Assembly (NCBI RefSeq): GCF_009914755.1
Contig: NC_060925.1
Origin: the human T2T-CHM13v2.0 reference genome, Homo sapiens
Length of the DNA stretch: 64,000 bases
Strand: one strand, 5' to 3'
Part shown: piece by piece, positions 14,358-26,500 of the stretch
Layout of the letters: the number at the start of each line of letters is the position of its first letter
How positions within the stretch are numbered: the stretch's first letter is position 1
Made by a program: the position numbers and the translations under genes
Notes under the pieces: generated by a model
Databases searched by the model: none
What the model was told of the DNA's origin: nothing
The model's input: only the letters and a program-made list of their open reading frames with translations

Positions 14358-14747
14358 TGTCTTGGTTTATTTGAGCTGCTGTAACAAAATACTACAGGTT
14401 GGGTAATGTATAAACAATACAAATTTATTTATCTTGGTTCTGGAAGCTGAGAAGTCCAGGATCAAGACACAGCAGCATTAGTGACTGGTGAGGGCTGCTC
14501 TCTGCTCCCAAGATGGTGCCTTGTTGCTACAAACTCCAGTGGGGAGGAACACTGTGTCCTCACATGGCCGAAGGGTATGAGCATGCACCTTTCAACCTTT
14601 GGCCCTCTCTTAAAGGTGCTAATTGCATTCATGAGGGCAGAGCCCTTGTGACAATAACTTCCCAAAGCCCATACCTCTTAATATTATTGTATTGGGGATT
14701 AAATTTCAAAGTGAATTTTGGAAGGGACACCACGAAATAACAGTAAC
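14358..14747 (-). mobile_element. MaLR LTR (MLT1A/MSTD-like)
   Basis: tgtcttggtttatttgagctgctgtaacaaaatac...ttctggaagctgagaagtccaggatcaag...catgagggcagagccctt...gaattttggaagggacac. Confidence 0.85.
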
Positions 14748-15435
14748 TCCAAATATAAACCAAAGAAAACACCCTCTTCTGGGTGGTATTTTTAACATGC
14801 CAGTAGCTGAGTGGTTAGAAATACAACTCAACACTCTGACCCAAGGCTTGAACCCCAGGAAGGATGAAGTCATTTAAGAGGGCTGATCTAAGACAGCACT
14901 TGAGGTAATCAGCCTGTTTTCTGTAATGGCTGTGTTGACTCCAAAAAGCTGTAAGGCCTGTGTCTGTGACAATGTCTTGTCACATAATAACCACCCCATC
15001 CAATGTCTGTGGAACAAAAAACTGAATCATGGGTGAATAAAACAGGGGCCTTCTCCCAGTTCATCAATTCCACTCCCAGATGCTGCCATTACCTACAATA
15101 CCAACAATTCCAGTGCCCATTCTAGTGAAAACAAAACCAGAGAAAAATGAAAATCTATTGTGCATGGCAGAGGCTGGGGAAGGATTTTTGGCACAGCTAT
15201 ATCTAGGAACACACCACTAGACTTTTCTTTAACTAAAGACATGACTGTACCCTATATAATCTCTAACAAGATAGTTGAGATCTTTCTGACAGACCTTTCT
15301 GACTCCACCAAAAGGAGTTTGAGACCCTTACTTCCAGGAGAAATGGGGTCAACTAGGTGGAATGGGACATTATTGGCTGGCATTCATAAAGTCCAACCTG
15401 TTCATTCCAATAGAATGAAATTGAACGTCTAGCTC

Positions 15436-15896
15436 TAAGGGAGGAAACCACCCCTCATATTGTCTTATGCCCAATTTCTGCCTCCAAAGAAAGAAAAAGT
15501 GAAAACTAAAAGGCAGAAATGAAATCCACAAGCAGACAGCCTGGCACCACACCCTGGGCCTGGTAGTTAAAGATTGACCCCTGACCTAATCAGTTATGCT
15601 ATCTATAGATTACAGACATTGTATAGAAAAGCACTGTGAAAATCCCTGTCCTGTTTTGTTTCGATCTAATTATCGGTGCCTGCAGCCCCCAGTCATGTAC
15701 CCCCTGCTTGCTCAATCAATCATGACCCTCTCACGCGCACCCCCTTAGAGTTGTGAGCCCTTAAAAGGGACAGGAATTGCTCACTCGGGAAGCTCAGCTC
15801 TTGAGACAGGAGTCTTGCCGATGCCCCGGCCAAATAAACCCCTTCCTTCTTTAACTCGGTGTCTGAGGAGTTTTGTCTGCGGGTGGTCCTGCTACA
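15436..15896 (+). mobile_element. Solo LTR2 (HERV-E/Harlequin family)
   Basis: Full-length match to recalled LTR2 consensus (TAAGGGAGGAAACCACCCCTCATATTGTCTTATGCCC...GTCCTGCTACA). AATAAA at ~15833. Perfect 4-bp TSD GCTC at 15432-15435 and 15897-15900. Confidence 0.92.
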
Positions 15897-16979
15897 GCTC
15901 AAGATGAAAGGCTCAGACTCTGAATTCTGCCATGCCAGCCTGCAATCTCAGAGGCATTTAAGCCTGAGAACCTAGGATTTCTCTACATAAGTTCTGTGGA
16001 ACCCTGTTTTCCTTCCTATTCCATGCTTTGTATCAAAAAGGGGAAGTATGACATGGGGACAGGCCCCACCCACGGTAATTTCAAAGTCTGGGAAATTACC
16101 ATGGTATCCAGGGATCCCAGTGTTTGCACAAGTTTACTGCCAATGATAGAAGCATAGGAGAGCAGGAACAAGCCATCCTGGCTGGCTGTTCTATTCAGGT
16201 GCCTAGAATAATCCTGTGGGAAGAAATAACACTGTGTAAGCAGAATGTCATCATTCTTGCTCACCTCTTTGCTTGGCCAACCCTCATTAATGACTCCTAA
16301 GTTATCCTTCCAATCCTAATCCCTTGATCAGATTGAATTCTGGGTGTGATGTGCCAATTAGAAATCCAAAGCGGAGGTTATATGCATTTCGAGTGATTGT
16401 GCTGGTGTACTCTTTCTACCATCCCTACTATATTTTAAAGTCCTTGAGGGCAGAGGCCATCCACACGTCTTTGAAGCCACCACATCTATCACAGTGTTAG
16501 GCATGGAATACATACTCAATAAAGATGTACTTATTTTGACCGTGTGTCACTTTGGTTATATCACTGAGGAAGTTGGGTGGGAAACTGAGTCAAATCTGAA
16601 GGTTTCACAATTACTTCAATCAGAACTTCCTTTTGAAACATTGGTTCATCAAGTTCTCTTTTGAAGGGCAATTTATTATATTAATAGTGCTAATCCTGAT
16701 ATTGTAAATCACATACTTGACATAGCATCGTTTACAGTCAGGCACACTTCTTTCAAAAGCCTGGTGACATCATAGGAAATCAAATATTCCTCCCTTATCA
16801 CTCTGCATGCAAGCATTCTTTCCTGCACTCTAGAAATGAAATTACATAGTTTTTAGTATATGGAAGCAGGGTAGGGGAGCTGCCATTGCGAGGTTGACTT
16901 CCCACCGCATTTGGAATAAAATCCAAAGTCCAAATCCTTTCCACAGCCCCTGCCAACCTCTCCAACCTCTCCAATCTCA

Positions 16980-17317
16980 TTTTCTTTTCTTTCTTTCTTT
17001 TTCTTTTTATTTATTTACTTATTTTTTTTTGTTACAGGGTCTCACTCTGTCACCCAGGCTGGAGTGCAGCAGCAAGATCATAACTCACTGCAACCTCAAC
17101 TTCCCAAGCTAAAGCAGTCCTCCCACCTCATCTCAGCCTCCCAAGTAGCTGAGACTACAGGCATGTGCTACCACGGCCAGCTAATTTTTGTATTTTTTGT
17201 AGAAATGGGGTCTCAATATGATGCCCAAGCTGGTCTCGAACTCCTGGACTCAAGGGATCTTCCTGCCTCAGCTTCCCAGGGTGCTGGGATTACAGGTGTG
17301 AGCCACCACACCCAGAC
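16980..17317 (-). mobile_element. AluJ
   Basis: Full dimer on minus strand with T-rich tail. TSD ccaatctc at 16971-16978 and 17318-17325. Confidence 0.93.
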
Positions 17318-17737
17318 CCAATCTCCTTTTCTAATTCTCTCCTTCCCCTCAATATTCCAGCCATATGCCCTGTCTTTTAATTCTTTGAACACTCAAGTCT
17401 CTTCTTACCACCGTATCTCAAAGTACAGTGTATACCTCTCCTAGATTTTTCACAACTGATTCCTTGATCCTCAGGTCTTGTTTTAATGTGACCTCCTTCC
17501 TTGACTGCAAAAGTACAGTAGGTTTGCCCCTCCATGCTTTGCCTCTTATTATCCAGTTTTTATCCTTTGAAGCACTTATTCAAATTTATAATTGAATATT
17601 TTGTCACCTTCTCTGTCTTTTTCAGACTATGAACTCCTGAGAGCAGAGATGTTTATCTTGTTCATGACGGCATCTCTAGTGTCTATCACAGAGCATAGCA
17701 CCAAGTAGGACCAAGTAGGACCTGAATAAACATTTTG

Positions 17738-17845
17738 TGTTTTTTTGAGACAGCATCTCACTCCACCGTCCAGGCACAATCTCGGCTCACTGCAACCTCC
17801 GCCTCCCAGGTTCAAGCAATTCTCATGCCTCAGCCTCCTGAGTAG
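17738..17845 (-). mobile_element. Truncated Alu right-arm fragment
   Basis: tttttgagacag...ctcggctcactgcaacctccgcctcccaggttcaagcaattctc...gcctcctgagtag. Confidence 0.85.
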
Positions 17846-18676
17846 TAGTTAATAAATATTTTTTTAATGAATGAATGATCAAAGGCTTTTAGAGAGATTT
17901 ATCTTTTGCTCTCTGACTTTCTTTCCTATTTGACCATTTTAGATTCTTCCTGGAGACTGAGGAGCATTGTCTTCTATTCAGAAGATTCTTCCGGGGAATA
18001 TAGATAAATTGGTTTGGTGGGGGTGGTGGGAAGGTAGTTGGGTAGTTAATTGGCTCCTACCTACAGGATAAGGTATGAAATATACCAAGAATGAAGAAAA
18101 ATGTGTAGAATGCAGGTTGGAGGTCACAGTGAATTCAAGAACTCAGTTGCAGGGAATAGAAATCTATCTTTACAATATAAAGGAACTACTCATTTTGGAG
18201 CTGTCCATAGCTTTGTAGGTGAAAGATTATAACCCCTATCAAATGTAGGTCATATGCCATCCCAGGGTAAGACTTATCATGGGTTGTATCATTTTGAAAA
18301 GATTACTTAGGATTTGCCTAGCAGAAGAGAGTTCCTGGGTCCCTCAGGAGGAAAATATGATGCAGACCAGAAACTGCCTTCCCCATACTCCTCAGTCTAT
18401 CTGAGCCCAAAGCAGGGTACCAAGGAGCCCCCTCTGGCATTCAGTGGGTGTTGCTGATGATGACCTTTTTTAGATAGCATGACTGGGGAGATTGGCCTCC
18501 TAGTCTGATTTTAACTTTCCATGGAATTCTAACATGGTAGTATTCACTAACTTTCAATGGAATCCTAACACAAGGTGTTCCACTACCAAATGTCCCAAAT
18601 AAACCTCAGCTCAGCACGTGGGACAGAAGAAAGCTGCCACCCTACCACAATTTACTTTCCCTCTAAGATTCCTATT

Positions 18677-18697
18677 TTCTTTCTTTCTTTCTTTCTT

Positions 18698-18736
<39 letters not shown>

Positions 18737-18763
18737 CTTTCCTTATTTTTAAATTTGAGACCG

Positions 18764-18812
<49 letters not shown>

Positions 18813-19037
18813 CTCTTTCCTTATTTTTAAATTTGAGACCGGGTCTGCTCGGTCACCCAGGCTGGAGTTCGGTGATGTCGTCAGAGCTCACTGCAGTCTC
18901 GAACTCCTGGGCTCAAGTCATCCACCCACCTCAGCCTCCCGAGTAGCTGGGTCTGCAGTTGCTCACCACCATACCCGGCTACCTTTTTTTCTTTGAAATG
19001 GGCTTCTAGGCATGTTGCCCAGGCTGGCCTCAAGCTC
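18677..19037 (-). mobile_element. 5'-truncated AluJ with (CT)n/(CTTT)n tail and a 78-bp tandem duplication of its 3' end
   Basis: Alu body 18834-19035. TSD agattcctatt at 18666-18676 and 19038-19048. Confidence 0.88.
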
Positions 19038-19289
19038 AGATTCCTATTCTTGATGGTTTTAGCTACTGCACAGTTGTCTGGCAGTGATATCACTGGGCTC
19101 TGTGGCTTCTAGCAGTGCTGAGGGAATATTCACGCAACTTAACCCACTCCCTGCTCCATATCACTGTCCCATAGTAGGCTAGCAATTCATTGTTATCACA
19201 GATCTTCTGCCTAAAGATCCTAGCTCTTCCATATCTAGACCTATTACAGGTAAGATTGATGAATAAATGCTTCATTAATCTCTTACCTT

Positions 19290-19470
19290 TCATACTAACC
19301 TGTGATCTTGTGGAAATTACTCCAACTCTAGATGCTTCAGTCTCCTTATCTGTAAAATAGAGATAATATTAGCATCTACCTCACAGGATTAATTACTAAG
19401 TGAGCTATTATATAGAAAGCATATAGATGTGTTTAATAATAATTAATCCTTAATAAATGTTAGCTGATTA
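19290..19470 (+). mobile_element. MIR
   Basis: ctgtgatcttg...cttcagtctccttatctgtaaaatagagataatattagcatctacctcacaggatt. Confidence 0.7.
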
Positions 19471-20255
19471 CAACTAGTAGTATTGTATCATTTTTTCACA
19501 GTGAGCTCCTAGAAGGGAAAGAATTGAATTCATCCATTCCTATGTCTTAGGGGCCTGATTCACACTTGACAGACTGAAGGGCTCAACATATATAAGTTGA
19601 ATTGAATTAAACTCCTCTGACATTTATTGTCTGCTCCATTCATATGCTGCTTGTCACCTAGTTGCTTTCTCTGACTTTTAGCGTGCAAATCATATAACTC
19701 CAACTGAGCTATTGTTTCCTAGAAGTACAGGATAGCTCATTCACCTTTGTGTGTCTTACACCAACTGGCTCATAGTAGGTGCTTAGTAACTCTTCACAGC
19801 CTTAAACTGACTACAATTCTGAATCCTGATAACAAGGATTCTATCATATAGAATATGTGTAACAGCAGCTGGCATACATGCATTTTAACTCCAATAATAC
19901 TATAACTTAGCAGTGGGAGGAGATGTCTAAAGCATCAAGGTGCCAAATTGGGACTGACATACAGTGGTGGGGTTGGGGAGGGATTGCCTAAAGGCTGGAC
20001 TGTACAGTAGACTGTATGTTCCTTGTGGGCAAAGACCATGTTTCCTTCTTTCTCAAGCATCTTGCCTGACATACTGTATGCACCCAATGACTGTCAGTCC
20101 AATTAATGAATTTATTCGTGTTTGAAATCCCAACAGAGGCAGCTCTCATTGCTCCCTAGTGTCAGATGTGTGCTTGCCAGCATGCCCCTACACCTGGGTA
20201 CAGTGCTCATTTCTCACCCTACTCTCAGTATTACACACTCTCCATCCCTGGCTAG

Positions 20256-20663
20256 TGTCACACGCATCCATGTGAAGAGCAACAAGGCTGTTTATTTCAC
20301 CTGGGTGCAGTGGGGGCTGAGTCTGAAAAGAGAGTCAGCAAAGGGTTGTGGGATTATCATTAGTTCTTATAGGTTTTGGGATGGGCGGTGGAGTTAGGAG
20401 CAATGTTTTGCAGACAGGGTGGTGGATCTCAAAGTACATTCTCAAGAGTGGGGAGAATTACAAAGAATCTTCTTAAGGATGGGGGAGATTACAAAGTACA
20501 TTGATCAGTTAGGGTGGGCAGAAACAAATCACAATGGTGGAATGTCATCAGTTAAGGCTATTTCCACTTCTTTTGTGGATCTTCAGTTGCTTCAGTCCAT
20601 CTGGATGCATACGTGCACGTCACAGGGGATATGATGCCTTAGCTTGGGCTCAGAGGCCTGACA
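20256..20663 (-). mobile_element. Solo LTR7 (HERV-H LTR)
   Basis: Minus strand reads TGTCAGGCCTCTGAGCCCAAGCTAAG...CCATTGTGATTTG...CCTATAAGAAC...GAAATAAACAGCC...GTGTGACA. 5-bp TSD gctag/cctag (1 mismatch). Confidence 0.93.
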
Positions 20664-21028
20664 CCTAGATCTTTACCTCAATCTCAAGTTGGCAAGATGA
20701 GTGTCACACTTTGACATCATGTTTGTGCAAAAATTGCTGCAATCAACTAATGCCTACCTGGCTTGAATCTCTTCTTGGTATCCAGAAAATCATCAGCAAT
20801 GAATCCCATCTCCTGTCACATGGGAAGAGATCTTTCTTTGCTACCTATTGAATGTATTCTCTTTTTGAATCAGCTCAATCTTAGGAAATAGTTTTCTCAT
20901 CAGTAGCATGTTTTTGAAGAATATTAGCAGAGAAGCTTCTTCAGGAGACAGACCAGCCAGAACTGCTAGTCAAACATGGCTGCCTTCTTTCTTTTTTCAT
21001 ATGTGAGAAAGGAAGTATTTTGACTTGG

Positions 21029-21450
21029 TGCTATGGTTTGGATGTTTGTTGCTTCCAAACATCACATTAAAATTTGAACATCAGTATTAGAAGTGGAGCC
21101 TAATGGAAGGTGTTTTGGTCATGGGGGTGGATCCCTCATGAATAGAGCAATGCCCTCCTTAGGAGGCGAGTGAGTTCTCACTCTATTTGTTCCCATGAGA
21201 GCTGGTTGTTAAAAAGAGCCTGGCACCACCAACCTTTCTTTTGCTTCCTCTCTCACCATGTGATTTCTGCACGTGCTGCCTCCCTTTCATTTTCCACCAT
21301 GAGTGGAAGCCCCCTGGGGCCCTCACTAGATGCAAATGCCCAATCTTGAGCTCTATAGCCATCAGAATTGTGATCCAAATAAACCTTTTTTCTTTATAAA
21401 CTACCTAGTTTCTGATATTCCTTTACAGCAACACAAAATGGACCAAGACA
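21029..21450 (+). mobile_element. MaLR LTR (MSTB/C-like)
   Basis: tgctatggtttggatgtttg...gtcatgggggtggatccctcatgaatag...aaataaacc...cagcaacacaaaatggaccaagaca. TSD cttgg/ctcag. Confidence 0.9.
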
Positions 21451-21489
21451 CTCAGCTTCCCAGGCAACAGCAACTTTCCAAAGTCTGTG

Positions 21490-22005
21490 GAAGATAATTT
21501 GGGTAGCAAATGATAGAAGATCTAACCAAGAGTAGCTTAAACAATAAGGACATTTATTATTGTGTATAACATGAAGTGTGGAGGTAGAGCAATTTCAAGG
21601 TGGATTAATTCACTGACACAGACACAGTATGGATCTAGCTCAGCTATTCTGCAGTTTTCCTCCACAGTCTCAAGATCTGCTGTGAGTCAGGTCTCACATG
21701 CTATCAACAATCTTCAGAGGCAGAAAAAGAGAATGTCCCAATCTTGTGTCCCTCTACAAGATGTCCCCTTATCTTTCCTTGTCAAGAATCAGCATAGTCT
21801 ATCCCTAATTAAACAATCACCAGACAAGGAAAGACCACCATAAATTGGCCTAAACCAATGAAGATTTACCTTCTATGGTTGGGTAGAGACTAAATTCTTA
21901 AAAAGAACATGACCCCTCAGAGGAGGGTTACTAAAATCACGGTTTTGATAGCAAGGTAAAAAGGGGGAAATAACTCCCTGGTGGGCAACCAACAGTGTCT
22001 GCAAC
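21490..22005 (-). mobile_element. Old MaLR LTR (MLT1K/L-like)
   Basis: gtagcaaatgatagaaga...gcttaaacaataaggacatttattat...ggtgggcaaccaacagtgtctgcaaca. Confidence 0.55.
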
Positions 22006-22783
22006 AGAGAAGGTTGGACCTCTAAGTAGTAGGTAATGAGTAAAATTACTCCAATTTTATGCTTAGGAGAATCAAGCCAATGTAAGACAAGGACCCTTCT
22101 TACTCAGAGCTACAATCTGGTTTCAGAGATAAAGCCTTTTCAGGAGCATTAGCTCAAGATGATTTTACAATCATTACCCATATAGGCTGCAATAGAAGCA
22201 AAGCACTACCAAAATCTTCTAGTATCGCAAATGTCCAAGTAGGCTCACTAATGCAAAGCAAACAAAATCTTCTTGTAATGCTAGGTCACAAGGTTTGTAC
22301 ACATCCTAATCCAGACAAATATCAAGAGTGAAATGGTAACATTTGGCCTCAGTTTCAATCTCTGTTACAAAATTGACCAATGCCTTCCTCTGGAGAATAG
22401 AGTATTTTTTTTTTTATGGACCAAAACACACAATTCACAACTTCCCTGGAGACTCTGCTAAGGTTTTATAAAGATTTAGTTTTTTCTTTTTCTTTTTTTT
22501 TTTTAACTTGAAAACATCTAATTCCTTGTGAAAGAAATAGAAAAATAGGTAGGAGAACTGTTTGACCCTGAAGACATGCCAATAAGTTTCCCTCGCCAAG
22601 ATTTATATTAAACACAAAATTTGATGATCAAATTGTTTCTACACTTGTGACTCATTATTCATTTACTTAACCTTAGGCTGGCCATTCTCTCTCCCATTCA
22701 TGCTCTCTGAGGTCTGGCAGGACCAGAGGTGCTAAAAGCTCAGGTCTCCACTGCTTAGTATTCTCAGAATGGCCAAAAGGGAG

Positions 22784-23186
22784 TCATTTGGGCTGAATTA
22801 TGTTCCCTCTAAGAGTCACCTGCTGATGATCTAACCACTGGGACCTCAGAATGTGGCTGTATTTGGAGCTCGGGTCCTTTAAAAGGTGATTGAGTTAAAA
22901 TTAGGTCATTAGGGTGGGCCCTAATCCATTTTGACTATTGTCCTTATAAGAAGAGGAAATTTGGACACAAAAAGAGATACCAGGGGCACACAAAGGAGAG
23001 ACCATCTGAGGACATAGCAAGAAGGCAATGATCTGCAAGTCAAGAAGAGACGCCTCAGGAGAAACCAAACCTGAAGACACCTGGATCTTGGACTTCCAGC
23101 CTGCAATACTGTAAGACCATAAATTCCTGTTGTTTAAGCCAACCAGGCTGTGTATTTTGTTATGGCAGCTCCAGAAAATGAACACA
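22784..23186 (+). mobile_element. MaLR LTR (MLT1B-like)
   Basis: gggctgaattatgttccc...acctcagaatgtggctgtatttggag...ggacttccagcct...ttgttatggcagc. Perfect 5-bp TSD gggag at 22779-22783 and 23187-23191. Confidence 0.88.
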
Positions 23187-23864
23187 GGGAGCAAGAGGGC
23201 ATAACCTCAGGGAGCGTCCTTTGATTTCTCTACCTCCTCCACCCCAGGAAGTCCTCTCCATTTAGTCCTACCTTTACACTGCAGCTGGCCTTCCGCCAGC
23301 TGTGGGGCCCTCCGCCCATGATGAATGCAAACTGACACTCAGATTCCTCAGCGATGAACACCGAACACTGTCCACATTACAAAATCTCTTCCTTCCCTGA
23401 CTGTGCTTCTCTCCAGAGAAGACTAGGGTGTGTTCTGGACTAAGGCCACAGACGCAAATTTTCCCTAGAAGAGCCTGGAAAAGAAGCAGTAAGTCACGGA
23501 GCTGCAGTTAAGTTATAAGAAAACTCACCTGAAAAAACAGCCAGGGGTTTTCACAGGGCAGGCCAATTACGTAAAGCACATCTCCACTGTGTGTTGTCTT
23601 AAGATAATGAGGCTCCTCACCATCAGCAAGAGCTGGCTGGAAGCAGAGGGATCAGGTAAGTGAACCTTCAGGAGGACTGAGTTTCAAATATGGGTCCCTG
23701 CCAGACAGGGATTGTATGTCCTCAAGTAGATGTCTCTCCCTGTGACCCACAATATCAGCAGCGTGTGGCCCTTTTCCAGGGAAGAGAAGTGGAAATACCC
23801 ACCTATAGTTAGGAACTGGGGATTACTATGAGAGAAGGGAGGAAGAAACACAGTGTCTAAAAAT

Positions 23865-24050
23865 TAGCAGACTACCAAACTTAAAAGTCCTGCTCCACCA
23901 TTTATTTACTAACTACACAGCTTGAACACATTTTTCAACATCTCTAAACCACCATCCACTCATTTTAAAAAATGAGAAGACTAGTAGCTATCTCAACAAA
24001 CTGTTGGGTGGAATTAAATAAGATATTATAGTAAAACTAGCAGATTATAG
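23865..24050 (+). mobile_element. MIR fragment
   Basis: tcctgctccaccatttatttactaac...tctctaaacc...ttaaataagata. Confidence 0.5.
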
Positions 24051-25089
24051 GGTATATAGGCAAGTGAATAGCAGCAGCAACAACAGCAATAGGGTTGGTA
24101 GTTATTAATAAAACAAATGACCAAGCAAGATTTAGCATTTCAAGAGCTCTGACACAGGGCTGAGCTCTGCACTTCTTGGTGATAATAGAAGTAGAAAGGA
24201 GGAAGTCGAGATGTGGGTGAGGAAGCTGGGCCAGGTCAGAAGGTCCTTCCGGAGTGGAGGAATGTTGAGTGGAGCCAGGGTTAGATAAGATCTTGAGATA
24301 GAGGGGGAGGTTGTAGGGAAACCTTCCTGTGGTATGGAAGTTTCTCCTCTCTTTTAGTTTAGTATGTTAATGAAATGAGTTAATACTCTCTGCACTAGAA
24401 ACAGTCAAGTTACTTCATCTCAGAAATAATCTCCCCCAGGAACTATCACACTTAAAATCATAACAACAAAACTACCTCAGACACATCCCAGGGCAATAGT
24501 CCAAGGGACAGAACTCTCAAAAGTACTAGAGCCTGCTATTTTGAGTAGATTGAAAAGTAAGAGCCCCTCTAAATGAGGTCAACAATCAGGCCCCGTGTCT
24601 CAGAGCTCTTCTAGCCAAGAAAGTCCATCTGGAAAGCAAGCAACCTGGAGAAACCAAACCACCCAGACACACACTGACCAGCCCAGCATCAGCAGTGTGC
24701 TTTGGTTTCTTCTCAGACTGAAAGCTGGACTAGGGAGACAAGTGCTAGAAAATGAAGCATAAAGCATGAAGGGTATTTTTTTTCTCCGTTAAAAGAACAT
24801 TCACACGGTACCTAGTGTCTACAAAAGTTAGCAGCTGTCAGTAAAGAAATGATTATCCAACAACAAAAAAATTACAGTGAAACTGTTTACTAGGGAAAAA
24901 ATTCAAATTTGAACCTCATTATAAATCTGTATAAAATTATCTCCATACGGATTAAGGATTTAACATTTCTATAAAGGAAGAAAAGGAAGAGAAGGAGGAG
25001 GAAAAGGAAGAGGAGGGGCAGGAGGAGGGAGAGGGGCATAAACAAGCAAGAAGAAAATATAAGTGTACATTTAACCTATCTTGAGGTGC

Positions 25090-25604
25090 TGTGGCAATTT
25101 TAAAATATGACCACAGATTCCGTGCTATACCTCCCATGACACCCACTTGAATGTGAGTAGGCTTGAGACTGCATTCACCAACAGAGTAGCTGATGTCCAA
25201 GGCTTTGTCATAAAAGGGCTTACAGCTTCCTCTTTGTTTCCTAGAACACTTGCTTTTGGAGCCCTGGGCTGCCATGTAAAGGTTCTAACTACCACAAGAT
25301 CACTGGATGAGCTGCATACAAGCACTCTGTAGGGCATTTCTGCTGAGCCTAGCCTTCCAGCAATTCTCACCAAGTCTCCAGACACATGAACTACACCATC
25401 TTGGACTCTCCAAATCAGCCCATCCACCAGCTAATTAACATTGAATGACTTCTGTCAACACCATGCATAATGCAGAAAACCCACCAGCTGAGCCCTGCCC
25501 AAATCCTTGACCTAAAAAAAATTATAAAATACAATAAAACAGCTGTTGTTTTAAGCTATTAAGTTTTGAGGTCACTTGATATGCAGTGACAGATAAAACT
25601 GGAC
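25090..25604 (+). mobile_element. MaLR LTR (MLT1H-like)
   Basis: tgtggcaattttaaaatatgaccacag...ggagccctgggctgccatgtaaag...cagctgagccctgcccaaatcc...tgttttaagctattaagttttgagg. Confidence 0.78.
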
Positions 25605-25609
25605 TGGTA

Positions 25610-26500
25610 GGGAAGGACCTTCTAAGCACAAAAGTTCATTAGGAATCCAAGGAAAGAATAATAGATTTGAAATTGTAAACTGCTCTATTTCAAAAGTAAT
25701 CATCACATACAAAATTAAAAGACAATGACAAACTTGAAAAACATTCTTGTAACAGATTTAACAAACAAGAAGAAAAGCACAATAGGAAAAAAAATGTACA
25801 AATAACAAAAAGCAGTTATCAGAAAAAAATTAAGACAAAAAGAGAAATGCTATTTAATTTTTAGTGGCAATTACTGGTAAAATAAATATAAATTAGATAA
25901 TATGATACCTATTTGGCTTCAGATTTGTGAAGATTTTTTTAAATGATAACACTCAATACCTGCAAGACTGCAGTGTAGCAGGGATTTACATACCACTGAT
26001 GGGAATGTAAATTGGTAATCTTTCTGGAGAATAATCCAATTATATAAATCAAAAGCCTTAAATGCCTTTTGCTCAAGTAATCCCAGTTCTAAAAATTAAT
26101 GAGACATGTGGCCAAATATTTCTTACATTCTCATCACAGCACTATGTATGATACTGAGAAGTCATAAACAACAAAACATTTAACAGTAGAACTGTTGCTA
26201 AATTTCACATAATGGAATACAATGAAGCTATCAAAAGTCACACTCTCACCAAAATATTCATTGCCAGGGGAATACATTTATGATATAATTAAAGTGGAAA
26301 AACGTAGTTAAAAGTATGCAAAAAGAATAGCCACAGTGTCATTTACATACATGATAGACAGACTTAAAAAATGAATGGAAGGAGCACACTAAAATATTAA
26401 CAGTAGTCTCTGGAAAAACGGTTTAAGTATTATTTCCTTCTTTCTCTTTGTGTTTTCCTAATTTTCCAACAGGAAACCATATTAATTTTATAATCAGAAA
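25610..26500 (+). mobile_element. Old L1ME-type fragment (ORF2 end / 3'UTR)
   Basis: aaagacaatgacaaacttgaaaa...cactgatgggaatgtaaattgg...aatggaatacaatgaagcta. Confidence 0.6.

Larger units (their letters stand above)
16890..17880 (+). mobile_element. L2 fragments hosting two Alu insertions
   Basis: ttggaataaaatccaaagtcc..., agactatgaactcctgagagcagagatgtttatcttgttca..., terminal aataaatatt...atgaatgaatga. Confidence 0.6.
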
